This document shows positions 30,026 through 40,116 of a stretch of DNA of 64,000 bases, piece after piece. Source of the stretch: Terriglobia bacterium (GTDB lineage: Bacteria > Acidobacteriota > Terriglobia > UBA7540); NCBI GenBank assembly GCA_035945295.1, contig DASZAI010000048.1:1-64000 (forward strand), in the 5' to 3' direction. Both the position numbers and the translations under genes were made by a program. Position 1 is the stretch's first letter. Each line of letters opens with the position of its first letter. Under the pieces are notes generated by a model, which saw nothing but the letters and a program-made list of their open reading frames with translations, made no database searches and was not told where the DNA came from.

Positions 30026-30892
30026 TCACCTGAGGCGAAAACTTGTTTCGACCATGACCCGGACCGGCACGGGCTTGCCGTTCTTCGTCGCCGGCTTGAA
30101 TTTCCATGTTTTGAGAGTTGCTGCGGCCTGGTCGTCCAGCCCAAGGCCCACCGGTTTAACTAAGTTGACCTCTGCGACATCACCCTGAGGATCGACGGTT
30201 ATCCAAAAGACTGCCACTGCTTGGTACCTGGCGTCCCGCGCAGCCTCGGTATAGCGAGGTTCGGGTGTATGGATTGGAATGGGAGGATTTACGTCTCCGG
30301 CCTGCCCCTTGATGCGATAAATTCTCTCCCCATTCAACAACTCGTCCTGCTGGGACGCAGTTCCAGGCCGATCCGCATGAGTCAGGAAACGTTTCCAGTA
30401 GGGTGGAACGTAATCAGCCAGGTCCTCGTTAGGAGCGAGAAAAAGCTTCCGCATCAGGATCTGGAGAGCATATGAACCGACTGCATTTGGATTGATCGCC
30501 GCTTCGATCTTGACTCTTGAACCGCGCCGGCGCTCGAAGCGTTTCGCCTCCTGATTGTAAACGAGATAGTTTCGCGTCCCATCGATCTCCAACTTGGCAC
30601 CTCGAAGCTTCACGTGCTCGACATCGATGTAGGCATAGAGCGTCCAGGCACCCCGAGAACCGCCTTTGAGCAGATTGCCGTCGAGGTCGTAATACAAGTG
30701 TCCGCCGTCGTAGAAGTTCCGGAGGATTAGAGGCTTACCCGCGTATTCTTGCTCCGCATTACCCTGCAGATCGTCTCGATCAGCCGCGTGGGCTTGGAGG
30801 AACGCCACCAGAGCGACAGCTACGACCAAGAGGACTCGTCCGCGCTGACGGGAGCGACGCGAAAACACGGAGCTCGGTCGACGCGGCATCAT
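30026..30892 (-). CDS. TonB C-terminal-domain protein (secreted)
   Basis: signal peptide; C-terminal ~90 aa match the TonB-C fold pattern (VAVFWITVDPQGDVAEVNLVKPVGLGLDDQAAATLKTWKFKPATKNGKPVPVRVMVETSFRL). Confidence 0.5.
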   Translation of the reverse strand: MMPRRPSSVFSRRSRQRGRVLLVVAVALVAFLQAHAADRDDLQGNAEQEYAGKPLILRNFYDGGHLYYDLDGNLLKGGSRGAWTLYAYIDVEHVKLRGAKLEIDGTRNYLVYNQEAKRFERRRGSRVKIEAAINPNAVGSYALQILMRKLFLAPNEDLADYVPPYWKRFLTHADRPGTASQQDELLNGERIYRIKGQAGDVNPPIPIHTPEPRYTEAARDARYQAVAVFWITVDPQGDVAEVNLVKPVGLGLDDQAAATLKTWKFKPATKNGKPVPVRVMVETSFRLR

Positions 30893-32187
30893 GAGCCGGT
30901 TCTCGGAGCAAAGGTCACGGTGACATCGACTGTCTTGGTCGGGTTGTTGGGCAACTCCTTAAGGCTGATGTTCCAACCCTGCGGCAGCTTTGGGAGGTGT
31001 CGACCGCTCGCCCCCAGGAAGGTCTTCAGATAACTCCGGTCATAGGGATCGCCTGCCGGCAGAGTCCAACGGCGGCTGAGAGCTTCCGTGTGAGATGCGT
31101 CCAGGCCGGCAATTTCGAGCTTGCCCATGCGATACAGATCCCCCTCGGTCACGTGAACGTCATAGCTGACGGTGCGGGTTGCATCCTGAAACGACGGATT
31201 AGGCCGGAGGGAGGCGAGGATGTAGCCTCGCGTGCCGTAGCGGTCGCGAACTTTTTCGAGGTCCTGCTGGAGCTGCACGCCATCCACGGGCTTGCCGGCT
31301 ACCAGGTGGAGGGCTTGCGACAAGTCGGCGGAAGAGAAAACCGTATTTCCCGACCAACGGACTTCTCCCGCGAGATACTGCAAGCCCTCGCGGACCGGAA
31401 TGCTCACGTCCACCGAGTTGTCGCGCGCATCCACCAGCTTGGCGTTTGGCCGCAGGAAGGCGACGCGCAAGTATCCGCGCTGCCAGTAGACGGGCCCGAC
31501 CATGTGATTTGCGAACTCATTCACGAAACTTTGGTTGTAGTCTTGTCCGAGCAGCGGCTGAACTGCCGCCTGAAGAAGGGAAACGTCGACTTGGCTAGCT
31601 TCCTGGAAATCAATGCGGCGGATCGGGATGACGATGCCTTCGACGTTGAACTGCATTCCTTGGACTTGTCCGCCCAGTGTCGCTTCCATCTGATGGCGTA
31701 CGTTTCCCGCGATACCGCGTTCTTTCAGTACAGCTGCGAGCACGCTATCGATCTGGTCGGGCAAAGTGCCCGCGGCAGGCACCGTGCCGTGAAACAATGG
31801 AACTCGGGCGCGCAGCTCGGCTTGCAGTTGATCGTCGGAAAACCAGACGAAGTTGCTGAAGTGGCAGGGGAAGAAGCGCGCGGTGTCTGTCACCTGGAAC
31901 GAGACGGCCAGCCCGTCGGATGCGGGCCGATAGCGGTAAGTGATTTCGGAGAAGACACCGCTGGCGGCGAGTCTATTGGCTGCCTCTTCGAACGCCTCCG
32001 GAGACACCTCGGTCCCAGGCTTCAGTCCGCTGGCTCGGATAATCTCGGCTTCCGCGTAAAGCTTCGAGCCAGCGACCTGCATGGACGTGAGCTTGACGGG
32101 CGATTCGCCTGAAGCCGACACGAGACACAACACCGAGTGAACAAGGAGAACCAGGCAGAGGGCAGGTCGTGGAAGTCGAAGCCGCAT
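30889..32187 (-). CDS. POTRA-domain (surface-antigen variable-number-repeat) protein
   Basis: signal peptide MRLRLPRPALCLVLLV...; several ~75-aa POTRA-like repeats; no C-terminal beta-barrel; its stop overlaps the TonB-C gene start. Confidence 0.5.
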   Translation of the reverse strand: MRLRLPRPALCLVLLVHSVLCLVSASGESPVKLTSMQVAGSKLYAEAEIIRASGLKPGTEVSPEAFEEAANRLAASGVFSEITYRYRPASDGLAVSFQVTDTARFFPCHFSNFVWFSDDQLQAELRARVPLFHGTVPAAGTLPDQIDSVLAAVLKERGIAGNVRHQMEATLGGQVQGMQFNVEGIVIPIRRIDFQEASQVDVSLLQAAVQPLLGQDYNQSFVNEFANHMVGPVYWQRGYLRVAFLRPNAKLVDARDNSVDVSIPVREGLQYLAGEVRWSGNTVFSSADLSQALHLVAGKPVDGVQLQQDLEKVRDRYGTRGYILASLRPNPSFQDATRTVSYDVHVTEGDLYRMGKLEIAGLDASHTEALSRRWTLPAGDPYDRSYLKTFLGASGRHLPKLPQGWNISLKELPNNPTKTVDVTVTFAPRTGS

Positions 32188-32496
32188 GGCTTTGTGATCG
32201 CGCATCGGTGGCCTACTGATCCTGGATAGGGCCGCGGGTCGCCACGTCTCTGACGTTGCGCCCTTCTTCATCCGCGATATTGTTCCCGCAGCCGCGTGTT
32301 GTCAATTCAAATTGGGCATGATGCAACCGTACCTTGTGCTGATCACCGGCTCGACCGAAACTCCTCGCCGACCCGATTAGCTGGCAACCTTCCTGCCTGC
32401 TACCCTCATCGTAGAAACAGCGTCGGAAATGGGTCTCGACCGCTGACCAGCCGTCAGCGAAATGCGCAAAACTGATCGAAGGAGGGATTCTGCTTT

Positions 32497-33402
32497 ATGA
32501 GAGTTCGCGCAACCCTATTCTTGTCGATGGCCTGTTCTTTGATGCTGGCCGCCTCCGTGAGTCTTCGCGCTCAAACTTCCGGCGAGGGTATTACGGCCCA
32601 CGTCGATTACCAAGGGAGCGCCACGGACCTCGGACAATTCACCGTCCTCACTCCCAGTGTGGGCTACAATTTTGACGAACACTGGGGAATCGACGCCGGC
32701 ATTCCGATTTACTTTGTTCATCCCGCTCCGGACACGATGACGAATTGGCGGACGTGGAACAACAACGGCGGCGATATCTTCGTCGACGGCCGGCTCTCCT
32801 TTCCCAACGAGATGGTGAACTACTCCTCCATCTTGACCGTGTCTGCGCCTACGGGCAGCTTCCCGCGAGGCTTCAGCACGGGCCGCGTCACCGCGGATTG
32901 GTACAACCACTTCGATCGCCGTTTCGGGCGGGTGACCCCGTTCGCGGACGCCAGTCTGGGTAACACGCTTGCCGACCGGCACAATCTGGAGCGTCCCTTC
33001 CGCACACTCGGATGGGTGAGCCAGTTCGAAGGCGGCGGCACCTACCGCGTGCACCATTCCTTCCAGGTGGGCGCGTCGATGTACGACGTTCTCCCCGGCG
33101 GCACGCAGAAGATCTACAGCCAGCTCTTCATGCGCGAGCCGAGCTTCGCGTTTCTGGGGTTCGTACCGGGCCGCGCCCAGGCGAATCACGGGCGCGTGTT
33201 CGAGACGGCGTTTGACACCACAGGTCCGGCCAGGATTGCCCGCGACAACGGCTATTCCGGCTGGCTCCAGTTCAATCCCAGCCGCTACGTCAATCTGGAA
33301 GGCGGCTATACCCGCAGCGTTCGCTACGCGTTCGACACCGTCTACTTCCGGGTGGGCGTCAACGCCAAATCTGTGGCCAGCCAGATCCGAAGCCACTTCT
33401 AA
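32497..33402 (+). CDS. Outer-membrane beta-barrel protein
   Basis: signal peptide; alternating amphipathic beta-strands rich in G/Y; C-terminal ...IRSHF ending in Phe, typical of OMP barrels; GAAGGAGGG ribosome-binding site. Confidence 0.5.
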   Translation: MRVRATLFLSMACSLMLAASVSLRAQTSGEGITAHVDYQGSATDLGQFTVLTPSVGYNFDEHWGIDAGIPIYFVHPAPDTMTNWRTWNNNGGDIFVDGRLSFPNEMVNYSSILTVSAPTGSFPRGFSTGRVTADWYNHFDRRFGRVTPFADASLGNTLADRHNLERPFRTLGWVSQFEGGGTYRVHHSFQVGASMYDVLPGGTQKIYSQLFMREPSFAFLGFVPGRAQANHGRVFETAFDTTGPARIARDNGYSGWLQFNPSRYVNLEGGYTRSVRYAFDTVYFRVGVNAKSVASQIRSHF

Positions 33403-33475
33403 GCAGGTACGCGAAGGCCACGGTGAGTCCGAACGCCGGATTCACCGTGGCCCTTTTTGTCAGCGATGGAAGTCG

Positions 33476-36034
33476 CTATTCCGCCCGCAGCGCGTTCATC
33501 GGCGAGATGGACGCGGCGCGCTGAGCGGGAATGATGGCGGCGACGAAGGCGCTGACCGCGAGCGCGCCCGCGGCCAGGGCGAGCGCGAAGGGATCCCAGC
33601 TCGCGACGCCGTAAAGCTGCGCGGCGATCAGGCGCCCGGCGCCCACGGCGAGCGGCAATCCGAGAATCAGGCCGATGACCACGCGTTTGAACGCCCCGCG
33701 CAACACCATCTCGACCACCTTGGCGCGGTCGGCGCCCAGCGCCATGCGGATGCCGATTTCGTTCGTCCGCTGCGCCACCGTGTAGGCCGTGACGCCGTAG
33801 AGTCCGACGGCGGCGAGCAGCAGCGCCACGATCCCAAACAGACCCGCGAGACTCGCGACGGCGCGCTCCTGATCGAACGACGCCTCGAGTTGCTGTTGCA
33901 TCGTCCGGACGCCGATGATGGTGAGATTCGGATCGATCTCGGCCGGTGTCCGCCGGAGCAGCGGCTCCAGCGTCCCGGCCGGGATATTAGTCACCAGCAT
34001 GATCCCGCCGATGAAGTGGCTGCGCAATTCGAGCTTCTGCATCAGCTCCTGCTTGTAGTCGATGTACTGCGTGAGCGGTACGTAGAACATGGGGCGCGCC
34101 GGGCTGCTCAGGTTGAAGCCGGCGAACTTGGCGTCGTGCACGATGCCGATGATGCGGAAGGTCGAGGCGTTCTCCGGCATGTCGAGGCCGAAATGCTGGT
34201 CGATCGGATCCTCGCCGGGTTTGAAGAAGCGCTTGACGAACGCCTGATTGACGATCGCCACGGGCTCCGTATTCTCGTTGTCGGCGCGGGAGAAGAAGCG
34301 GCCGCGCACCATCTGCATGCCGAGGTTCTGCATGTAGTCGGCGCTGACGCGGTCCCATGAGGCTCCGGCTTGCTCGTCCATCTTGGGCGCCGGGTGGCCG
34401 GCCACCATGATCAGCTCGCCCCAGTTGTCGGTGAGCGGATTGTAGAGCGCCAGTGCGCTGCCCTGAACGCCCGGCAGGCGATCGAGCCGATCCTCGACCT
34501 CGCGGTAAAGCGACTGGAGGCGCGGCCAGGTATAAGTGAGGGGCGGATTCATCACTGAGACCTCCACGCGCCCCTGAATCTTGAATCCGAAGTCCTGATG
34601 CTCGAGCTTGTTCAGGCTGCGCGCCAGCATCGTGGCGCCGGCCACCAGCACGACGGAGAGCGTGGCCTGGACGACGAGCAGCGCCTTGCGCGCCAACGAC
34701 GAGTGGTCGCTGGTCGAGCGGCCCGTCCCGCGCAACGCCTCAATCGGGTCGGTGCGCGTCGCGAACCAGGCGGGCGCCGCGCCGAAGATGACGCCGGTCA
34801 TGAGCGCCAGTACGAACGCGAATCCCAGCACCATGAGCGACGGCATCGGGCTGATGGGAAGGAACGTCGTGCCGTGGAAGGCCAGGCTCAAGAGCAGGCG
34901 TGACGCGGCCAGCGCCACCACGAGTCCCGCGATGCCGCCTCCGATGGCGAGCAGGACGCTTTCGGTCAGCGCCTGCGCGACAATCTGCCGCCGTGCCGCG
35001 CCGAGGGCCAGGCGTACGGCCGTCTGGCCGCGACGCGAGACGCCGCGCGCCAGCATCAGGTTGGCGACGTTGGCGCAGGCAATCAGCAATACCACGCCGC
35101 AAACCGCGAGCAGGATCTGAAGGCTGCGCCCGTACTCTTCCTTCATCTCGGCGACGCCTCCGCCGGCGGGCACGACGGCGAGCGTCTGCTTGGGAAGCAT
35201 GCGGATGACGTCCGGCATCCAGTTCGCCGGATATCCCGAGTCGTACTGTATCCACTGCCGCAGGACGCCGGTGAGGCGCGGCGCCATGCCTTGGATCGAA
35301 GCGCCCGGCCGCAGCCGGCCGATCATGCGCAGCCAGGCGGAGACGGATTGGTGCAGCAGAGCGGTCGCGCCGTCGACCATCGGTTCCTGCTGCAACGGGA
35401 TCCAGATGTCGGGGGGATCGCCGCGCAGCGTCTCGCCGAAAAATCCCGGCGGCGCCACCCCGATGACGGTGAACGGGTGATCCTGGATGAGGAAGGTCGA
35501 GCCGACGACCTTGGGGTCCGAGCCGTAGTCGAGCTGCCAGGCGCGATGGCTGATGACCGCCACGGGCGGCGCGCCCGGCTTGTCGTCGTCGGGAGTAAAC
35601 ACCCGTCCACCGTAAGCGCCCACGCCCAGCAGCGAGAAGTAACTCCCGGTAACGTATTCGGAGTGCAAGGGCCGTGCCGCCGACTCGCCTTGGCGCCGTA
35701 CGCTGGCGAGCCAGTTGCCGGCCTGGAAAGCCGCCACCTCCTCAAATTCCGGCGCCTGCGACTTCAGCCGTTCGTACAAAGCGTACGAGAAGAATCCCCA
35801 GCGGTCCTGCGGCCCGCCCTCTACACAGCAATCGTCGCCGTCGCCGACCCGGTAGAGCTGTCCGGGATCCTTCACCGGCAGGGAGCGAAGCATCACGGCA
35901 TGAATCAAGGTGAAGATCGCGGTGGTCCCGCCGATTCCCAAAGCCAGCGTGAGTACGGCCGCTGCGGTGAACACCGGCGCTCGCCGGAACTGTCGCGCCG
36001 CGTAGCGCAGATTGCTGAACAGATCTTGCATCAC
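33476..36034 (-). CDS. ADOP-family ABC transporter permease (duplicated FtsX/MacB-like)
   Basis: 852 aa; N-terminus MMQDLFSNLRYAARQFRRAPVFTAAAVLTLALGIGG typical of Acidobacterial duplicated orphan permeases; two FtsX-like 4-TM modules separated by large periplasmic domains. Confidence 0.85.
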   Translation of the reverse strand: MMQDLFSNLRYAARQFRRAPVFTAAAVLTLALGIGGTTAIFTLIHAVMLRSLPVKDPGQLYRVGDGDDCCVEGGPQDRWGFFSYALYERLKSQAPEFEEVAAFQAGNWLASVRRQGESAARPLHSEYVTGSYFSLLGVGAYGGRVFTPDDDKPGAPPVAVISHRAWQLDYGSDPKVVGSTFLIQDHPFTVIGVAPPGFFGETLRGDPPDIWIPLQQEPMVDGATALLHQSVSAWLRMIGRLRPGASIQGMAPRLTGVLRQWIQYDSGYPANWMPDVIRMLPKQTLAVVPAGGGVAEMKEEYGRSLQILLAVCGVVLLIACANVANLMLARGVSRRGQTAVRLALGAARRQIVAQALTESVLLAIGGGIAGLVVALAASRLLLSLAFHGTTFLPISPMPSLMVLGFAFVLALMTGVIFGAAPAWFATRTDPIEALRGTGRSTSDHSSLARKALLVVQATLSVVLVAGATMLARSLNKLEHQDFGFKIQGRVEVSVMNPPLTYTWPRLQSLYREVEDRLDRLPGVQGSALALYNPLTDNWGELIMVAGHPAPKMDEQAGASWDRVSADYMQNLGMQMVRGRFFSRADNENTEPVAIVNQAFVKRFFKPGEDPIDQHFGLDMPENASTFRIIGIVHDAKFAGFNLSSPARPMFYVPLTQYIDYKQELMQKLELRSHFIGGIMLVTNIPAGTLEPLLRRTPAEIDPNLTIIGVRTMQQQLEASFDQERAVASLAGLFGIVALLLAAVGLYGVTAYTVAQRTNEIGIRMALGADRAKVVEMVLRGAFKRVVIGLILGLPLAVGAGRLIAAQLYGVASWDPFALALAAGALAVSAFVAAIIPAQRAASISPMNALRAE

Positions 36035-36104
36035 AGGCCTCCTGATTCTCCTAACGAAACTGAGCTGCCAAGGGTTCCCGAAAAAACGGAACCTCGACCC
36101 CTGT

Positions 36105-36126
36105 AGGGGAGCCCTCTGGGCTCCCG
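36105..36126. repeat. Hairpin GGGGAGCCC-TCT-GGGCTCCC (second copy of the 22647 hairpin family)
   Basis: near-identical sequence to the hairpin after tssM. Confidence 0.45.
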
Positions 36127-36226
36127 TCGCACGGGCGTCCGAATGCTGTCTCTATTGACGTGGCAGGTGGACGGCGGTTAGCAGAGCCACGGGAGAGTGT
36201 AGCCCGCCGTGGCGGGCGATCTATCT

Positions 36227-36320
36227 GTAGCCCAGGGCGCGAGCCCTGGGGACAAGGCCGCAGCCCGCCTTCGGCACCCCTCCCCCCTCGTGGGGGAGGG
36301 GCAGGGGTGAGGGACGGTGA
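36227..36320. repeat. ~95-nt structured REP/MITE-like element, copy 1 (CCAGGGCgcgaGCCCTGG ... GCCTTCGGC ... CCCCTCCCCCCtcgtGGGGGAGGGG)
   Basis: two consecutive perfect hairpins; ~85 % identical second copy at 42578-42680 in the same orientation. Confidence 0.6.
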
Positions 36321-36850
36321 ATGACTCGAAACAGAAAAGTCGCCGGTCACCGACGTCGAAGACGAGCGGTGCAATGGAATCTCTAGTAACCTGTCAAACG
36401 AGCGAAGATACTCGACGTGCAGTCAACAGAGGATTGTCTTATCGAAACATTCCACAGCCTTGGTTCCAGACTCGTCGCTGCGAGTCTCGGACGACGGCGG
36501 CTGACTGCTCCTCCGCGTTCGCGTTCTACGCAGCATCCCTTCATTCCAGGAAAGAACTTTCCTTTCCTTTTGCGCATGAATTAAACGATCATCCGCGCCG
36601 CCAACGGGAACTCCAATGCGCTCAATCTGAAGAAATCTTCACCGGACGCATCTCTCATTGGCACTCGTTATGCACTAAAGCTCGCGACGTGACGCGCCGT
36701 TGCGGGATTATGTGGCGCCCGTAACTTTACGCGTCTCGCGCTAGTGATGCCGAACGTGTGGGCTCCGAGCCCGGAAACTTGATTGGGGGACACGTCGGCA
36801 AGTCCGGCCAAAGAGTACAACTCAACACAAAATTCACAAAGGGAGGGGCT

Positions 36851-38671
36851 ATGACTTTCAGCAGGAGAAAAGCGGTTTCGCTGATTTGTTGTACGGTTTT
36901 CGCCGTAACTGCGTTTTGCACACTGGCGCTGGCGCAAGCTCCAGCTTCCATTTTCCAGCTCGACGGGAATCCGGCCAACGATAGTCTGACCTGCACGTAC
37001 GGACCCTGCGACTACTGGAACCTGATAAACCTGACCGGTTCGTCGGGTACAAACAGGGGCAGCTCTTCAGTTAACACCTTTATTCTGGGCACCACGAACA
37101 CCCTCAACTTCCAAGGGGGCGGTTCCAAAGACCCACAGCCCATTGCCAATTGGGGGTATACGAGTACCAGCACACCCAACAAGGACACTCTCGACGCGGC
37201 CTACGCCGCCGCCTACAGTATCAGCGACTTTGACGTAATTTTTGGCGCCGACCGCCTCTCTCCCAATGGCAACGCCAATATCGGTATCTGGTTCTTCCAG
37301 AATTCGGTAACGCTCAACGGCAGTGGTGGATTCAACGGAAGCCACGCGAACGGCGATGTGTTTGTGATCTCCGCGTTCACCGTGGGGGGCGGCACCTCCA
37401 CCATTAGCGTATACATATGGGACCAGCCGGGCTTGCCACACACGATTACGTCCAACGATGGACAAGTCGGCTGCACCAAGGCAAGCAACAACAACCCCCA
37501 GGTGAAAGACTGCGCTGCCGCCAATCTTTTGCTTATCGCCGACCCAACAACCGTCTGCGGCACGTCTGATTACTGTGCTATCACCAACAGCGGTACCGTT
37601 TCCCCAACGTGGGCCACGGCCGCTAACTCGTACCCCTTTACGACCCTCCAATCTCCGTTGTTCTTTGAAGGGGGCGTTGATATCACCGCGGCCTTTGCGG
37701 TCGTGGGCGGGACGCCGCCATGCTTCGCGAGCTTTCTGGAGGAGACGCGCTCGTCTCAGTCGCCTACTGCGGTCCTCAAGGACTTCCTGTTGGGCGGCTT
37801 CCCCGTGTGCAAAATCACAGCGACTAAGACTTACACCTGCAACAGCTTCAACGCCGATGGCTCGTTCAACTACTCCTACACCGGCTCCGTCACCAATGCT
37901 GGCATTGGGACGGTGTACGGCGTCACGGTTACGGACACACCAGTCGGAGGGACGGCCACCACTTACAACTGTGGTGATCTTGCCAAGGGGGCATCTGTAG
38001 TGTTCCCAACCAATTGTTCGAGTACCGGAAGCAATACCTTCACCACGACCGCGCACCCAGCTACGAACGTGGCAAACGCATCAGCCTGTCCCTCTCCGCT
38101 GAGCGCGGGTACGTGCGCCTCGCCCGCTATCACTGCCACAACCGGCTCGGTTACGAGCAGTGACCTGAGTGCTACGAGTTGCAGTCCCCATCCGGGCATA
38201 GCCGTGGGAAAGAGTTGCGTCACGGCGTTCGACACGAGCGGCAACGAGATCGTTGTCCGGGTTGATTACACGGGCACAGTCACAAACACCGGGTCAGTCA
38301 ACCTGACTAACGTCAACGTGACCGACGATAAGGGCGGCGGACCATTTGCAATTAGTGGTACCGTGAGCCCGGGTGAGTCGGTGTGCTACACCAACGGCCA
38401 GATCGTGAGTGCTGGGCCGCCTGCTACAGGTTGCCCAACGCTAACTGCACTCGATGCGACAAGCAGCACGCCAGCAGGAGCGGCGAGCTACTTCCCGTCT
38501 AACGCCGACGCGTTCGGCCTAGTGGCCGGTCGGATACAGTTCACCGACACCGTTAGCGCGACAGGAGTCGCACCCAGCACCACCTGCACCACTCCTCCAT
38601 GCACCGTCGGTCCGGTGACGCATTCGGCATCATGCGTTATCTGTCCGTTCGGCGATTGCGCGGCGCAGTAA
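36851..38671 (+). CDS. Large Cys-rich secreted protein with DUF11-like (conserved repeat) Ig-fold domains
   Basis: GGGAGGGG ribosome-binding site; signal peptide MTFSRRKAVSLICCTVFAVTAFCTLALAQA; roughly 30 Cys; repeated V-T-(V/N)-T-D-(T/D) blocks (VTVTDTPVGGTATTYNCGDLAKGASVVF; VNVTDDKGGGPFAISGTVSPGESVCY); Thr/Ser/Gly-rich. Confidence 0.6.
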   Translation: MTFSRRKAVSLICCTVFAVTAFCTLALAQAPASIFQLDGNPANDSLTCTYGPCDYWNLINLTGSSGTNRGSSSVNTFILGTTNTLNFQGGGSKDPQPIANWGYTSTSTPNKDTLDAAYAAAYSISDFDVIFGADRLSPNGNANIGIWFFQNSVTLNGSGGFNGSHANGDVFVISAFTVGGGTSTISVYIWDQPGLPHTITSNDGQVGCTKASNNNPQVKDCAAANLLLIADPTTVCGTSDYCAITNSGTVSPTWATAANSYPFTTLQSPLFFEGGVDITAAFAVVGGTPPCFASFLEETRSSQSPTAVLKDFLLGGFPVCKITATKTYTCNSFNADGSFNYSYTGSVTNAGIGTVYGVTVTDTPVGGTATTYNCGDLAKGASVVFPTNCSSTGSNTFTTTAHPATNVANASACPSPLSAGTCASPAITATTGSVTSSDLSATSCSPHPGIAVGKSCVTAFDTSGNEIVVRVDYTGTVTNTGSVNLTNVNVTDDKGGGPFAISGTVSPGESVCYTNGQIVSAGPPATGCPTLTALDATSSTPAGAASYFPSNADAFGLVAGRIQFTDTVSATGVAPSTTCTTPPCTVGPVTHSASCVICPFGDCAAQ

Positions 38672-38772
38672 CTATCACGTACTTGGGATGACGGGGGCTC
38701 ACCAGCCCTCGCCTCCCGGGGAACATCCCGGTTCGGCTGGCCGTGGCTTGGTCAGCCATCCGGAAAACTAGC

Positions 38773-38806
38773 ACCCCTCCCGCAAACCGGGAGGGGTGTT
38801 TTTTTC
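38773..38806. terminator. Bidirectional rho-independent terminator (CACCCCTCCCG-caaa-CCGGGAGGGGTG followed by TTTTTTT)
   Basis: 11-bp GC stem followed by a 7-T run between convergent genes. Confidence 0.7.
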
Positions 38807-38899
38807 GTGCGAAGGCGGAAATGCCCTCTGACTGCGACTGGGCTTATTCAGTGGATTTGCGACTCAGGGCGCTAGTACTAGATAGCTGGCAAACACAGC

Positions 38900-39946
38900 T
38901 CAATGAGCCGTTCGCTTATGCTTGGCGGCAGCAAGCTCGTCCTCGATAGTCTTCTCAAACGAATTCTGCGGCTGGTTGCCGCTGACCATATTCCCATTGA
39001 TGAAGAATCCCGGAGTACCACTGATTCCGGCCCTCATCCCCGCTTGCCGGTCTTCCTCGACTTGCGTCTTGTACCTGCTGCTGGATAGGCAGGAATCAAA
39101 TTGCTTGTCGTCGAGCTTTAGATCACGAGCCAGGCCGACCAAACCATCACGATCGAGCTTATTTTGATTTTGGAACAGAAGGTCGTGGTATTCCCAAAAT
39201 TTCCCCTGCTCGAGGGCGCAACGAGAGGCTTCTGCGGCCAGCTCGGCCTGCGGATGGATGTCTCGCAGCGGAAGGTCCCGATAAGCCAGGCTCACACGAC
39301 CGTCGTATTTGGTGAGCAATCTCTTCAAGGTGGCCTCGACTGATTGGCAGTATGGACACTGGAAATCGGAGAACTCTACGATAACCACCGGAGCCTTGGC
39401 ATCTCCGCGGACTCGGGAGGGATCATAAGCGACATCTACTTTCGGCTTTTGCAGGAGGATGGACACTCCGGCTTGCTCCCGGAGGCTTTTGTAGTAATCC
39501 TCGCGGGCTTGCTCGACTTTTGCCTTTTTCAGCAACCGCTGGAGCTGCGGCTTGATTTCGTCGAAAGGTTTTCCTAGCTGCACCTTTTGCACGATGTAAA
39601 GAGCCTGTAGCTCGGCTTCCGTGGGCTCAGGGATCTTGGCATCCACCTCCTGTTCGAGGACTTTCTCGGTAGGAATGCCTTTCTTCTTGGCCACTGCTTC
39701 CAACAGCTTTTGGTTCACGAGCTTGTCGAGGGCCTTGCTTCTTACGTCGTATTCTTGCAGGCGAAGTTGAAACACTTGCCCTTGAACTAACGGCAGCAAA
39801 TCATCTTCGTAGATGGGCTGGCCCGCAACCACGGCAAGCGGTTCCTTCTGTTTGGCTTGGACGGCAGTTTGGGCCGCGGACGCAGTCGACCCGAGGAGGA
39901 GGAAAGCAAAAAGCAGTACAACAAAGCTGTTGGATTTGGTTCGCAT
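38900..39946 (-). CDS. DsbA-family thiol:disulfide oxidoreductase with N-terminal SurA-N-like chaperone region
   Basis: signal peptide; thioredoxin-fold CPYC active site (FSDFQCPYCQSVEATL) and DsbA-like helical insert. Confidence 0.75.
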   Translation of the reverse strand: MRTKSNSFVVLLFAFLLLGSTASAAQTAVQAKQKEPLAVVAGQPIYEDDLLPLVQGQVFQLRLQEYDVRSKALDKLVNQKLLEAVAKKKGIPTEKVLEQEVDAKIPEPTEAELQALYIVQKVQLGKPFDEIKPQLQRLLKKAKVEQAREDYYKSLREQAGVSILLQKPKVDVAYDPSRVRGDAKAPVVIVEFSDFQCPYCQSVEATLKRLLTKYDGRVSLAYRDLPLRDIHPQAELAAEASRCALEQGKFWEYHDLLFQNQNKLDRDGLVGLARDLKLDDKQFDSCLSSSRYKTQVEEDRQAGMRAGISGTPGFFINGNMVSGNQPQNSFEKTIEDELAAAKHKRTAH

Positions 39947-40116
39947 TGCCTGAGCCCCCATTTCTCGCCATGCTTTGAATCGAATGCCGGAACGGCGGGG
40001 TTTCAGCACCGCCCTTCCAGGCCCCGTGGACAAAATTCCGCCTCAGGATGGCAGATCGTCAGGGACAAGTCCAGCAACTAATCCGGGTAGTGCTGGTGTC
40101 ATTCGCCCCAGAGCGA

